From positions 2,871,528-2,935,527 of the forward strand of contig CAXIEN010000102.1 of the NCBI GenBank assembly GCA_964023285.1: a DNA stretch of 64,000 bases, written 5' to 3'. The DNA comes from Larinioides sclopetarius (lineage: Eukaryota). Made by a program: the position numbers and the translations under genes. Shown here piece by piece: positions 13,695 through 27,552 of the stretch. Position 1 is the stretch's first letter. The number at the start of each line of letters is the position of its first letter. Under the pieces are notes generated by a model. The model searched no databases. It was not told where the DNA came from and saw only the letters and a list, made by a program, of their open reading frames with translations.

Positions 13695-16600
13695 GAGATG
13701 TAATGGATATTCGACAACTATTCGGTATTCAGCCTTTTTGCTAAATATTCAATATTAGGCTTTTTGCCAAATATTCAGTTAACCGAATACTACGCAGATA
13801 TTTGGCAAAATATTTTCAAGATATTAATTTTTTAAAAGTATTAAATGATAAAAAAAATTCAGAATTATATTTTATTGCATTTTATCTAAAAAATATATCA
13901 TTTACTGAGTTTTAAGATATATATATGTATATAATTTATATATTATTACAAATGTTTACATATATTTAAAATTATGAAATATATAGCACATAAATGAACT
14001 TAACAATTTTATATGTTTCTAATGGTTGTAAAGCCTACAATATAAGCAAGCATACATAGCATATGCAAGCAGTGATGTGGACTGGGTAAATACCCAGTGG
14101 GTAGGTAAATATTTTTTGGGTATATACCTGGGTAAATACCCCAAAACTGGGTATTTTGCGAAAAAAATTTATTTTTGAATGCTGAATTGTAAGGAAACAT
14201 GCAAAGCTTAATAAATATTCCCCAAAACAAGCATTTACACACAAAAAAAGTATTTGTGGGTGGTCATTCAGAATTAAGCTTAAAAATTATAAATACCCCA
14301 AATAGGGTATTTTCCAAAAATGTAGTTGAGGGTGATTAAAATTGAAGCTTTAATTTTATGACTGTCTTTACACTGAATATTTTGTGCAAGCATATAAAAT
14401 TTATAGCTAATTTTTTAACTTTAAAAATTTTGCAACAAATGCAGTTTAGAATTTTGATTCAAAATGAGACCTTTAGATTTATAAATATCCTGAAACCGTG
14501 AATTTTTTTAATTATTTCCAAATGGTGATTTAAAATTAAATTTAAAAATAAAAAGTACCCATAAATTGGGTATTTTGTAAAATCGAAAAAGTATTTGCAA
14601 AATGACAATTTAAATCAAACATAAAAAAATTATAAACATAATATATATAAATAGTTACAATTTTTTTTATTTAAAGTTTTAACTAAATTATATAAACAAA
14701 TGCCAATTTCTCTCTGGATGCAAAATAAAGTGTTCTAATTCTTAAACGAAACAGGCGAATAATTTTGATTCACGGATTGGAAACTTTGATATTTACAATG
14801 GAATAATTATTTGTAAAAATGCTTTTGTAATACTGGCCGCCTTCAGCTACCAGCCAATTTGCGAGGATTATAATTACAACTAACTTTTTTTATGAGTAGT
14901 TTGAAATTCTAGGACCAAAGTAATTTACCTGAGTAATTTTATACTTCAATTGTGATGGAGGTTTAGACACTTTCTGTAAATACTCTAGCACTTCTTTTGT
15001 TGGTGTTTATTTGGACGTCTTAATAAGGTCAAGTTACTGTTCGTTTCTAATTACTTTTAAATTGTATGAAATCCATGGGAATACAATTTAACAAATTTAT
15101 TTCAAAATCGAAATACCTCGGCACTTTTTATATCCAGTAACATATTAACTGGCTTAGAACAGGCTGAAAAAAATTAATTCAAGTATAGTAACCATAATCC
15201 TTGAATTTACTGGACTATTTCCATTCATACTTACCATCTTGATGACTTTCTTTACAGATTTCAGAAAAGAAGATGAGCAAGTAAAAAGAAAATCCTATGG
15301 ATTATATTAATTTTAAACAATGGCAGAGAAAAACGCAATTAAATATTCGTTTAAAAACAATAAAAGCGATTTGAATTTCATTGTAACAAAATTATTTTTG
15401 AAAATTTATTAAAATTTAAGAACAAAATCGAGTGAAAACTCGATTATTAGCTCGACTATCATCACTGAAAATTTAAGTTAAATTTAGTTTTTTCAATGAC
15501 ATAATTGAAAAGGTAAGCTAAATTTTCAAACAGAGTAAAAATAATTTTTTGTTGTAATATTTTCGGAAGTTATTAAGAGAAAATTCTAAAATTACATTTA
15601 CTTTCGTATTAAATAAAATTATAATTAAGATTGGAAATAATTACACAGTGCACATTCCCACTCTTTGTTTATACTAATTTTCGTTTCTCTAAGCATGGTT
15701 TTCTGCCTTGTACATGGCCAAAAAGCACATATATTTTTCTTTATTATTATTAAAGATGAACAGCTCTAGTGAATCTTGAGATCCATAATTTACTCACATT
15801 TCCATGCTAGAAATCAGACATTTTTATTTTTATTGAATGAAGAGTAGTCATTTACTTGGCTATTTCTATCAATTTTATCTTAAATCTTTTTTTTAATTAA
15901 AAGTTATTTTCTTGGAGCTTTTAATGTTAAGAAGGATAAAAGTATATATTGTAAGTTCTGTAATGTGTTGAGTACAATCTAGGCCAGGTAAGCAAATACA
16001 CAGACAAAAAAAGAAAAATATTTCGTAAGTGTTAGTAAATCAAAGTAGATTTTGAGAGAAATGAAATAAATAATGAACAATCTTTTAATTAGATCGCAAC
16101 CATGACGCTTCAACTTTAGAGTCTTAATAACAACTATGTACTGATGTGTTGATGATCCAGATGAATCCCGTCTAAATGGAAAACTGGGTGTGTGTTAACG
16201 TCAAATAATGTAACATATTCAACCAAAGAAAGAAAAAACACGCATTTCTTATTGCATTTTTTTAAAATAAAATATTTTTGTTGAAAGTAATATGAGTAAA
16301 TACTACTTTTAGATAGTTCATATTTATAAACTGGTAATTTATTATTTTCTATCATCAGCTCTTAATCATTTTAAACCAAACTCAACATTTTCTTTTTTTA
16401 TTTAATTGAGTCTTAAAAATGATTAATATTTAAGCAACATATTTTATGGACGATCCATGATATAGTATGGCGTTTTGTTTTTCTTTTCAGATTCTTTTAT
16501 TTTATAGAATTAAAAAAGATTCATATATTATTAGTTCTTTTTACCACACCTAATGCTCATATATTCAAAGCATATTTATATTATATAGAGACATCATATT

Positions 16601-17424
16601 TCACGGCAGTGCCTGTGTTTCATCTGAATAAGGATAATTAAAAAATAAATACCCATTTTGGGTATTTACCCTTAAAAATAAATACCCGGGTATTTTACAT
16701 CACTGTATGAAAGAGCTATTTTGATTAATGCTAAAGATATATTCGGTCAAATAAATTCGGAACAATATTTTTAAAAATATGTATTTAACAAAGAATATTG
16801 CAGAATTACATTTCAATATATTATTATCAAAAAAATCACTTAACATTTATTAAACTTTAAGGAAGTTGGTAAGTATTAACAAGTTAAATAACTTTTAACT
16901 GTAGGTGTGGTTTATAAACCACATATATAAGAAAATACTCAAAGTTGAAGGATTACAAAAAAGGATGTTTCACTGGGTGGTAAATAGAAGTCAAGAATGT
17001 GTATATTTTAAAGGAAATGATTTAACATTCTGACGTGGAGAAATTTCATATACACGAAGGATAACAAGCAAATTTTTATTTTATTAGGTTATAATAAATT
17101 TTCTAAAAAAATTATACCTCAAAAATATATTTGAATCAATTTATAGGTAAAAATATACCATTATAATTTATTTAGATTTGTGAAAAAAGCCACATTATCT
17201 TATTCTTAAAATTAAGGTGTTTAAAGTATACAACAAAATATACATCAATGTTAATATTTAATAAAACCAATAAAAAAGCGAGAAAACTGACTTTATTAAT
17301 AATTAATTTATTTAAAATTTGAGGAATATTTTATTTACCATAAAAAAGTAATGTTTTGAAAAGCAGATATTTGGCTGCCGAATATTTGATAATTCGGCCA
17401 AATCACCATTCGTTACATCATTAA
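13695..17424. mobile_element. copy 1 of the GGGATGTAAC-terminus element family, interrupted by a nested hAT-like insertion
   Basis: Left end gagatgtaatggatattcgacaactattcggtattc. Right end gccgaatatttgataattcggccaaatcaccattcgttacatc is its reverse complement. It is colinear with copies at 25099-26226 and 54837-55919. A ttttcacta direct repeat lies at 13686-13694 and at 17425-17433, which could be a 9-bp target-site duplication. Confidence 0.55.
14070..16705. mobile_element. nested non-autonomous hAT-like element, TIR CAGTGATGT, 8-bp TSD
   Basis: cagtgatgt at 14070 and acatcactg ending at 16705 form a perfect terminal inverted repeat. It is flanked by tatgcaag and tatgaaag. The uninterrupted homologous site in copy 2, gcacatgcaag|agctatt, confirms that this is an insertion. 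Subterminal repeats of the form AAATACCC-N-GGGTATTT occur at both ends. Confidence 0.7.
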
Positions 17425-17859
17425 TTTTCACTATCCTTACAACATATCCCTTGCTCTGGTTGCAATCTATTCAAAGTTACTCAAATTATGGTGTTCTCAA
17501 AATAACATAGGCAAACACTTTAGCTCATCAATATAAAGGAGCATTTCGTCCTATTTTCTTAAAGATTAGAGCAGCAAGGATGAAAATAGGTAGAATAAAC
17601 TACAAATGACAATGAGAGGTAACATGTATAGGCTGAAATATATTTTAAGGAAAGGGGAAGAAAGAGAAAATTACACTTTCTATAGCTTATAACTTCTAAC
17701 AATTGCAACTATAAAAAAAAATTTTTAATACAAAAGTTATTCATTATAAGGCACCAATCTGCCCTAGTTTAAATTTTCTTTCTATTATTAATTGTAAAGA
17801 AATTATAGAAAATCTAAAATTTTCAAACCCTACTACTTCCAAGATTTGAGATGGATAGC

Positions 17860-18100
17860 TGATCTATGAATTCAACCAAGATTTTCATTGTCCCTATTTT
17901 ATATCCAAAGCTAGTTATATTTAAATATAAATTACTCCAGTTATCATGTTCACAAGATAATATAGAGAAAAGCATTATACATGTATATAAACTTTTTAAA
18001 AGAAGATCGTTTGGAGTTCTAGGGATCATGATAGGTGAAGATATGTTAAAATTTTCTAGAAGTTGCGTAATGAGAACCATTGCAATAGATAGATTTTCCT
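17860..18100. repeat. dispersed repeat, inverted copy of 50860-50990
   Basis: The reverse complement of 18010-18100 aligns to 50860-50990 (caattgcaatggttctcat..cttcaccgatcatga..ctagaac). The two ORFs that start MVLITQLLENF and MVLMTRLPENF are the same repeat read in frame. Confidence 0.4.
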
Positions 18101-21100
18101 ATTAGGAATATACATCATATATATTTGTAAAATGTACAGAAATGCATTTACTATAATCATGTAATAATTCATTATTGTTGTGATACATTGTATCAGTATG
18201 TTCAATTTTTGTTTTTCATTTATATGATGTACATATTGTGTGTGTATATATATATAATAGGGGAATAAGCAACAAAATGGAAAAGTTAAAGTTTGGAAGG
18301 GTGTAAAGTAGTAAATACCATTCCAAAATGTTTGAAAATGACTTTATAAAATTTATTGAATTGGAACACATATTATGAATTCAAAAATTCATGAATGATA
18401 ATCACATAAACTTTTATTCATGATTTGGCAAAAATTGTGATGGTCTGTTTTGAAATGGAACTGGAGAAAAATTTAACCTTGTTTTATTTATTCTTTGAAA
18501 ATTCTTAAAAGTAAGAAATAAATGGGTTTTTTTATGAATATTCAACATATTATGAGTTATATAAAGTCTAAGGAATTCGAATAAAACTACTTCAGACTAG
18601 TGGCAAATCGCAGATTCAAATCTTTAAGGAAGGTCATAAAAATTGTATATCATCCATCAAACCTCATGGCTTATGTTAACCTCGTGGTTTTTTAACCTTG
18701 TAGATTTTACACACCTGGAAATGAGGTTCATAAAAATAAGAATACAATGTTTTTGTGTATTAAAAAATATTGAAATAACTAGCCAACTGTTTTCAACCAT
18801 GTCAACATTACTAGTATAAGTGGAATCTCTAGAAAAGTAGAAAACTATTTGAGCCTGTCAAACAGGAAACCAATGTTGTTACATTTTTATTATATATATT
18901 TTTTAACGGAAGGAGATAAGAACAAACATTTATAGTGATTTTAAATAAAATCAAGGATTTTGCCCCAAGTGTAGATGATAACAAAGAATTACTATAAGGC
19001 CAAGTTCGAAACTAAGAAATATAATGCAGATAGGTAATAGATTAATTCAAAAAGTAACATTAACAAAAAAATAACTGCTATCTAAACATAATCATAACTT
19101 ATTTGACTTATCTGAAGAAAAAAACTGTAAAACTGCAATATATAGTTCTAAAATATGCATAGAAGCCAATGTCAATGCTTGCTTGGACTATGGTAAATCA
19201 GTGATGCACAGGAAGGTGTATAATAAAATTCCAGGAGTTTTTGCCAGTTAGTGCAACAAACTAGACAAAAAAAAGAGTGCTTAGTTTTCCCTATATTTCT
19301 ATGAGTGTGTGAACAAAACATACTAAGATCAACCACCAGTAGGAAAGTCTGCAAAATATATATATATGAAATAATCTTTGATATGGTGATGTTTTGAGGC
19401 ATCTTAAAAGAAGACTACAATTGTTTGTAACTAAAGAACAATTTAAGTATATTTCAATAAAATGCTTCATACCATTTTAGGTAAAATTGGAATCGACAGA
19501 GATCAATTAGATCACAGAATGGCAAGAAATACAAAGTAAAAGTTACTACCAATGTTTAAAGCAAAAAAAAGGAAAGATGGTAGCCAGCCTACACTTTAAA
19601 TAATGTAGAAAAAAAGGGAGTTTCCAAAAAACATGGTTCAACTAACAGTGCAGATTTTTGTGACTCATTAAGATGAAATAGCAGTGTGGTTTTGTTAAAA
19701 CTTAAGCAGCAATAAAAAGAGTTTATTTTTAAAAATGGGTAAAATTCCAAAACAATATATATACATGTTCTTTTGTAAAAACTAAATCATTTTTTGCTTC
19801 TACAACTTGCAACAATTAATATTTTTGAAGAACTTGATAAAAGAAAAATAGCACAGAAATAAGTAAAATTAACAACAAAAAAAACAATTCAAGACTTACA
19901 TTTGAGTCCATAATAATTGAAAATGGTATAAAAAATTCATAGCATGGTTTCTTGAGTCCAAATGAGAATTTGACAAGTAAAGACTGATTACCTGAAATAC
20001 CAAAATGTTAAAAACAGTTAAAAATAAATAAATTAAAACTTCTCTAAGCAATTACTCCAGAACAGTGATCACTCCTCTCCATGGCTACTTTTGTTTGACC
20101 CAAATATTAATGTTAGTTAAATCCTAGACAAGCCACACAACCCCCCCCCCCTCAAATGGTGAGGAAGCCCGTCCAATTTAAGAAAAAAAAGAAGGGATTA
20201 TATTTTATTATGCCTAGATCTCTTGAAAAGAGAAAGAGGAACCAAAAGTAAATATGCAGACATATTTGCAGAAAAACAAAGTAAAATTTAACATTCTATG
20301 AACATGGACAGAAAAATGAATCTCTTATTCTGGTTAAAGTTGAAATTCAAGTGCCATGGTTATGAAGCAAATGGCAAGGAGTAATTTCTGCTACAAGCAT
20401 AAATCTTTTAATCTTTAAATAACATAAAAGTGTGTTTTTCTGAATTCTGGACTAGCATAAAGAAATGCTCCATCTGTATGACATTGTAAAATTGGTAATG
20501 AAGTTAGGCAAATTTATCATTTCTGGGAGAACATCAATAACACAAAATCATTAATTCTTAGTTAAGCAGATTTTGTGAAAACTCCATTAGAGAATTAGCG
20601 ACCATTCCTTTACAACTACCAACAAATCGATCTTGTATTTAAGAAAACAAAACTGTAAAAGAAGACCAGTGAAAAACAGAAAGATCCAAGAAAACAAAAA
20701 TTGTATCTTTTAAAAACATTAAAATCTCTTCAATTAAAATATTTTTTTTCTTCCTATGATAAAGCATAACTTCAACATTGCTTAAAAATATAAGAAAAAT
20801 TTTTATGCAGTCTATTAATATCTTTATTTATTTTGGATTAAAAAATAAGCTTTATAACTATAGACTAAAGATGTAATTATATATAAGAAAGTTGTGTGAT
20901 AACCATATCATACTAGTTTAAATATGTTGATGATGCAACTCTACATGCTAGATTCACTATATCAGAAATAATGAATTTAGCATTGTTTTAACAAATACTT
21001 CCAAAAATAAAGCTTTCGGAGCAACCAACACCTCGGAATGGCTGATTTTGTTTGAAATGGAAGATGGCTGCTTTATAGAGATTTTAGATTATTGGTTATT

Positions 21101-23877
21101 TTATTTTTTTTAATTAATAAACTTTAAAAAAGTTCAAATATGATGTTAAAAAATCTTTTTATACTATTCCTGAAAAGAGACAATAGATTTAATTTTCAAA
21201 AACAAGAAAATATAAAAATTTATACCTAATATATAAATATTTAAAAGCTGAATACAATAAACACTTTTTCACTTAGTGCACTGTATTAATATAAGATTTA
21301 CTGTGTATTTTGAATGAACAAAGATGTTGGTAGTTATTATGCAAAGTTGTTTTGCATAATTTTGTAATGTTCTTATTTTCTCAATTAAATGCATACACAT
21401 ATAACTGTTAGCATTTTCTACTGATTTACTTTATCTTAATGTAAATTTTAAAAAACTATTAAAAATTAAAAAAGAGAAAAAAGACTTAGTTTTGTGACAC
21501 TTTTTGTATATCCCTCCTTGATTTTGGATAGAAATTCCTTCATCCCCTTAAAAAAATATCTTTTAAACTGTTACTAATCAAACATTCTTTCTGAAGTTTC
21601 ATTAACAGAAACACATGCAATAAAACAGATATTGCACTAAATGGATAGAGTACTAATAATACTAACAAAAAGAGCCATTTAAAAAGTTGAATTAAAATTT
21701 TATAATAATCTTAAAAAAATAAGTTTCAAATAAAATCAAAATCTTACCTTGTTTAATTGGATTATAAGAATTCAATACTACTTGGACTTGATAATCATCA
21801 TTCTTTTTTTGCTTAATTTTGATTTCTTTTAGATGAACATCAATTTTATTGATTTGATTAACAACAAACAAATTCTTACCTATTAAAAAATTATAAATAG
21901 ATGTTTTAAAAGGCACATACTATATTTATGTAAGTAATGCACTTCCTGTCATTTTCATTTGAGAAGAATTACTTAGTTTTTAATGTTTAAAAACCTCATT
22001 CACATATGATCAGCTATAAATACATGGCATTTGCATTTTTTTAATAATAAATGCAATATTTTATTTTCCTAAGTGAATTTCCTTAACAATAGGATATTGA
22101 ATATACTATTCTTTTCCATCCAAATATATAGCATTTATCAGTTTGCTTCACAACAATCTTTATTAAACATGACATTTTCTGAATACTTTTGGAGCCATCA
22201 TAATATTTACAAAAGTACATAAAAAATATTGCAAAAATAAAATACACAATTAACTGCACCAGCGAATTTAGCAAGCATTTTGGCTGCTATCATAATAAAG
22301 GGAAAATATAATATATATATATATATTTGCAAATATTTAAAATATACACAAAAATGATAAAATCCTGATATACATACATTAATGAAATGCAACACTTTTA
22401 TATTAATTTTAATCACACTAGTAAAAATAAAATAGTACCCTGTCGATCGCATGATGTTCTTTTTGTACACCTTAGCACTGGTTGCTTAGAATGTATTACC
22501 TGTTAAAAGATGCATATCATATTAGAGTCATTTATAGTATATATAAATTTTAATATAATGACAATGAATAACAAAAAGAAATAAATCCCCTTTCCATTGA
22601 AATAGAATTTAAAATCTGATGTGCATTTTTATTTTTTCATATTAAGCATCATATTAAATTTAAGTAAGGAAGTACAAGTGCATACTGCATGATAATTTTC
22701 AAAAGTTGAAAACTATTTCCTACCTTATATAAAAGATCGGCATTCATGCAGCTAGATGTATCACAATGATTTTCTCCAATTGTATAGGAAACAGTTTTCA
22801 TAATTAAAGCAACAATTAATGAAACAAACCATATTAAGAACATATTGTGGAGTTCCTTAAAACTTAATTATTATTTTCTCATCGTGCATGTCTCACTCAT
22901 AAAAGACTAATAATAGCAATGTACCGAGCTTATCCGTCTCCAGAATGCAACAATTCTTGAATATTGAGACTAACAACTGACCAGTAATCAGATAAAGTTT
23001 ATTTAGTAAACAAATGATTGGTTGCTTGAAACTTGACCACTGATATAAGGATTTTTTTTTCATAATAGGATCACATGTTTACATGTCAGGAAAAAAACAC
23101 CAAGAGAAAAAAATTGTATGTATTTATAAGTTTTTTCGCGTGTTTCAATTATGCGAGTTCTTCCTTATAACCCTTTCTGGTAAAATTAAATCATGGAATA
23201 GTATTTGTATCTGTGGTTTGTATAGAATGAAAAACCAATGACAAGCTGTACTCGTCATTTTACAGAAAGAAACTTCACTTCTACTTTCTGAAATAACATG
23301 TGTTCTATGTAAAATCAGAATACGCGCGACTTGAGAAGAGATGCGATTCTTCCATTGGCTAAGGATGGAATGGGGGCATCAAATGGGGGGAGGAGAGAGA
23401 GAACTCATATTCAGAAATTCTCCTTTATAATTAGTAGAGATTACAGTATTTTACGCGCTACTTTGTCTCAATGTTTGCCCCAACAATGTATTCTTAAATT
23501 TCACAATAGAAACAGTGAGAGGGCAAAAATTTATAACTTTAAAATACCCATGAATATGGAGGGTAGACAACCAAATTTAAAAATTTAGTTATGCAATTAG
23601 TTAGCTTTTCCGAGCATTATTACCTTTTTGTAATTCCTGCTTTTAGACATCTAAAAGTAGATGAAAATTTAATTTTTCTTTCAAAATGTAAAGTTGACAC
23701 CCTCGCCTCCTTCCCAAATTTCGAAGATAAACTTTTTTTATAATCAGTTTCAAATACTATATATAGATTAGTGGACAGGTTATAAAATGAAAAAATATTG
23801 TGTGTTATGAATTTCGAAATAGTTTTCATAACCATAAATGCATCTCTCTCTCTAAGCCAAACATAAAGGTACAGTAC

Positions 23878-23926
23878 TGCGAATTATCCGAACTAGTCGG
23901 GAACTGTACTAGTTCGGATAATTAGA
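23878..23926. repeat. 17-bp-stem palindrome (hairpin)
   Basis: gaattatccgaactagt, then cgggaactgt, then actagttcggataatt. Confidence 0.5.
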
Positions 23927-24483
23927 CAGACAGTCAAGATGTTCTTGACTATACTAAAATTACATTAAATATATTTTTTATGTGTAATGGTTTTTTTAAT
24001 GCGGCATATTAATATTTTCATCAAATTTATAAGAGTTAATAGATAGAATAAAACAATATTATGTGTGTAAGCATAATTTCCCTTCAAACTTTATTCAAGC
24101 TTAGAACCGATAGCTGTTATAGTAAAAATTTGAGAGAGAAGGTTTGCTTCATAATACAACATCAAGATATATGGTCTGCGGAGAAAAAAGATTAATTTTC
24201 ATTGATTTTGTTTGAGAAAGTTGAAAGTTTGTTCGAGAACTCCAAAAAACCAGACATTTTTGACCGTTAAATTTCAACCAAAAACTATTCCGTTAAAAAA
24301 AATCGTCTAAAATGTTTTTTATCATAATTTTTTTCGACTGCTATACTTTGTTCGACCTCAAGTTGACAGAAAAGAAAAGACCGCTAGAAACGAACCACAG
24401 ACGTCTGCGCCAGAAATCAAACTTTAAGAAGTGATTTCCCATACTCCAGCATGCTTTTGTTTCAGCTGTATTCATAAATTTAT

Positions 24484-24499
24484 ATTATTATTATTATAA

Positions 24500-24532
<33 letters not shown>
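24484..24532. repeat. (ATT)n microsatellite
   Basis: attattatt repeated about 16 times. Confidence 0.9.
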
Positions 24533-24533
<1 letters not shown>

Positions 24534-24539
24534 GAAACT

Positions 24540-24816
24540 ACCAACTCATCACTCTAAAACTTTATTCTTTATAAAGTTATAAGAAATTGATAAAATATAT
24601 ATTTGTGATCATTTATCAATTTCATTTATTGTTACAAATAATGCTAGATATAAGATAGTTTATAGATTAATTCAAATGACAAATATAATTAATGTTTGCC
24701 AATAACACCTAAAATGAATCATTGATTGAGCACATGGCGCAAATGCTCTTATTGGCATTTTTTCAATTTTTAGATATTTTTATGAATTTCTCTGACCCGG
24801 TTCTGTCATCACCCCG
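24540..24816. mobile_element. 3' partial copy of the CAGGGTGAC MITE family
   Basis: It ends ctgacccggttctgtcatcaccccg, homologous to the right TIR at 43750-43773. Shared internal blocks include gctcttattggca. Confidence 0.5.
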
Positions 24817-25098
24817 CAAAAAGATATTCTCTATCAAAAACATATTTTTTCAGATAAAGCTATATCAGGGTAAAATTAAATATGTTTAAAAATATAAGAG
24901 TCCCAAGAAAAGGAAATTTTAATCCCATACAAATCATTTAAATACAATGAAAAAGTATTTTTAATTCAAGTAGATTCTGGGAAATTTTAAATGGGAAAAT
25001 AATATGGTTTATAAATAGAAATATTATATCTTAAGCAACAACTTGTTAAAAAATCCTTTAAGGAAGCAAAACATTTTAACAAAACAGATTTCAAATTA

Positions 25099-26226
25099 GG
25101 GATGTAACTAAATATTCGGCAACTATTCGGTATTCGACCTTTTTGTCGAATATTCGGTACTCGACTTTTTCTAAGTATTCGGCTGGCCGAATACTAAGCA
25201 GGTATTTGGCAAAATATTTTCAAAATAGTAATTTTTTAAAGTATTAAGAAATAAATATACATTTCATTGCATTTTTTATCTAAAAAAATCCAGTATTTAC
25301 TCAGTTTTAAGTTACACACACATATATATATCGTTATATAATTTACACATTATTTATTACATATGTTTACATATATTTAAAATTATAAAACAAATGGTAC
25401 ATATGTGAATTTCATAATTTTATATGTTTTTTTTATGATTGTAAAGCCTACAATACAAGCAAGCATATATAGCACATGCAAGAGCTATTTTGACGAATGT
25501 GAAAGATATATTCAGTCAAATAAATTCAGAATATTTTTTAAAACATACATTTAACAAAGAATATTGCAGAATTACATTTCAATCTACTTATTACGAAAAA
25601 ATCTCCTAACATTCATTCAATTTTAAGGGGGAGAGTAAGCATTATCAAGTTAAATAACCCTTTAATAACCTAGGTGTAGTTTATAAGCCACATATATAAG
25701 AAAGTACTTGAAGTTGAAGGATTAAAAAAAAGGAAAGATGTTTGACTGGGTGGTAAGTAGAGTAGAAATTGATATATTTTAAAGAAAATGAGACTGTCTG
25801 ACAAAGAGACATTCTGATACATAGAGAAAAGAAATTTCTAATATTTAAGAGAAAGACGACCAGCAAATTTTTATTTTATTTGGGTTATAACAAATTTTCT
25901 CTAAAAGAAAAATTAATATCTTGAAAATGTGTAATCCAATCAATCTATAGTTAAAATTATATTATAATTTTAGATTTGTGAAAGTTACATTGTCTTATTC
26001 TTAGAATTAAGGTGTATAATATATACGACAAAAAGTACATTAAGATGTGAATACTTAATAAAACCAATACAAATAAAAAAAAATTACCTTTGTTAATCAT
26101 TAATTTTTTATTTAAATTTTAAAAAATATTTTATATACCATACAAAAGTAATGTTTTCGAAAGTATAGATATTCGGCTGCCGAATATTCGGTATTCGGCC
26201 TGATTATTAGCCAAATCACTATTGCA
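25099..26226. mobile_element. copy 2 of the GGGATGTAAC-terminus element (uninterrupted, right tip truncated)
   Basis: Left end gggatgtaactaaatattcggcaactattcggtattcg. Right end gatattcggctgccgaatattcggtattcggcctgattattagccaaatcact. It is colinear with copy 1 minus the nested insertion. Confidence 0.6.
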
Positions 26227-26759
26227 GATTATCCCAGACATACAGAAACAGACTAATAACTATTTTTAGCAATACTCGCAGAATAACTCTGAATGTCACA
26301 TTAAAACTGAACCGGCACACTAGTTTTCTCTTTCTAAAAAGTAGTTCATCTACAGTAAGTATGCATTAAACAGCTTCTCATTGTCAGTTTAAGAAGGGGA
26401 TCTTTCATATTGTCAAGTTGTTGCCCCAGGAAAAATAGGGAGAACAATGTAGATTCTAACATAGAGGGTTTTTACTAAGCTATGGGGAACATGAAATGTG
26501 TTGTAGTACACAAAAGGTGGTATGGAGAAATAGTTAAATCGAAGAGACATAGTTTCTTCTAGCAGTCTCATGTAGTATAAAAAATCATTTCAGTGGAATT
26601 TTACAATATATTTTAGGAAGAAAAAAGGAAAATAAATATTTTTAATTCGAACTTCTTTATTTCATAAATTTTTCCAGGCTTTTTGCCCAAAAATTTCCAA
26701 GTTTCCTGACTTTTCCAGGTTATCCAGATGGGTAGATACCCTGATTTTTGTAACCTACT

Positions 26760-27000
26760 GGACGGCCTTTAAAACTAGTTCTTTCTTCTATATAATTGAA
26801 TGCTTCAGTCTATATTGATATAACGCTTACTTTTAAACGAAACATATTAATAAACTGTATCAAACTTTTTATTCTATTTTAAACAATGTTGAAGCTATCA
26901 AATCGTGATCAGAACCTCCCGAAACGTGTAAATCTATCAAAAAACGGAAGTCGAAAATTTTCGCGATTCCAATATTTCCTTCTTATATATGATACATGTA
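26760..27000. repeat. copy of a dispersed repeat module ending in double hairpin plus TAAAAA
   Basis: ttcttctatataattg..gtcgaaaattttcgcgattccaata..cttcttatatatgatacatgtagaagaaagtaaaaa. Homologous to 40200-40290, 32840-32930 and 57220-57300. Confidence 0.4.
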
Positions 27001-27437
27001 GAAGAAAGTAAAAAGTTCATTATGTTTTTCAACAAAGTTTTTTTTCCCTCAGTAAAAAAAAAAACATGGTTTTTTAACCCTTTACTTGCCAAAGTATTCA
27101 GTATAATTCTTTAACCTTCAAATGGGAGGGACGCTCAGAGAGACCCGACTTTACAGCTTAAAAAGCAATCTACAGACTGAAGGTTAAAGCTTAAAAAATC
27201 TGAAAATTATTCTATAAGTATAAAAATTTCTTTTTAACGACAAATAAAAAAATCATTACTGCATATTGATAAAAATTTATTATTTTTCAGGAAATTTCTT
27301 CGTAAAAAAACCTTGTTCCAATTTCATAGTATTGGCATGCACATTTCATAATCAATGTTGGTTTATTTTACTCAAATCACAAGAACAGTTGAATATCTTA
27401 AAAAACTTAATGGCTGACAGCTTTTAAAAAAGTTAAT

Positions 27438-27552
27438 ATTATAGAAATTTGAAAATTATTATTATATTATAAATTTGAAAATTATTATTATATTATATAA
27501 ATTTGAAAATTATTATTATATTATAAATTTGAAAATTATTATTATATTATTA
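27438..27552. repeat. 27-29-bp minisatellite (AAATTTGAAAATTATTATTATATTAT)n, array half 1
   Basis: About 4 tandem units. The same unit resumes at 30975. Confidence 0.8.

Noticed and set aside
20141-20151. C11 homopolymer, and a second at 56791-56801
   Set aside because: Simple homopolymer tracts with no evident function beyond low-complexity sequence. Noted only.
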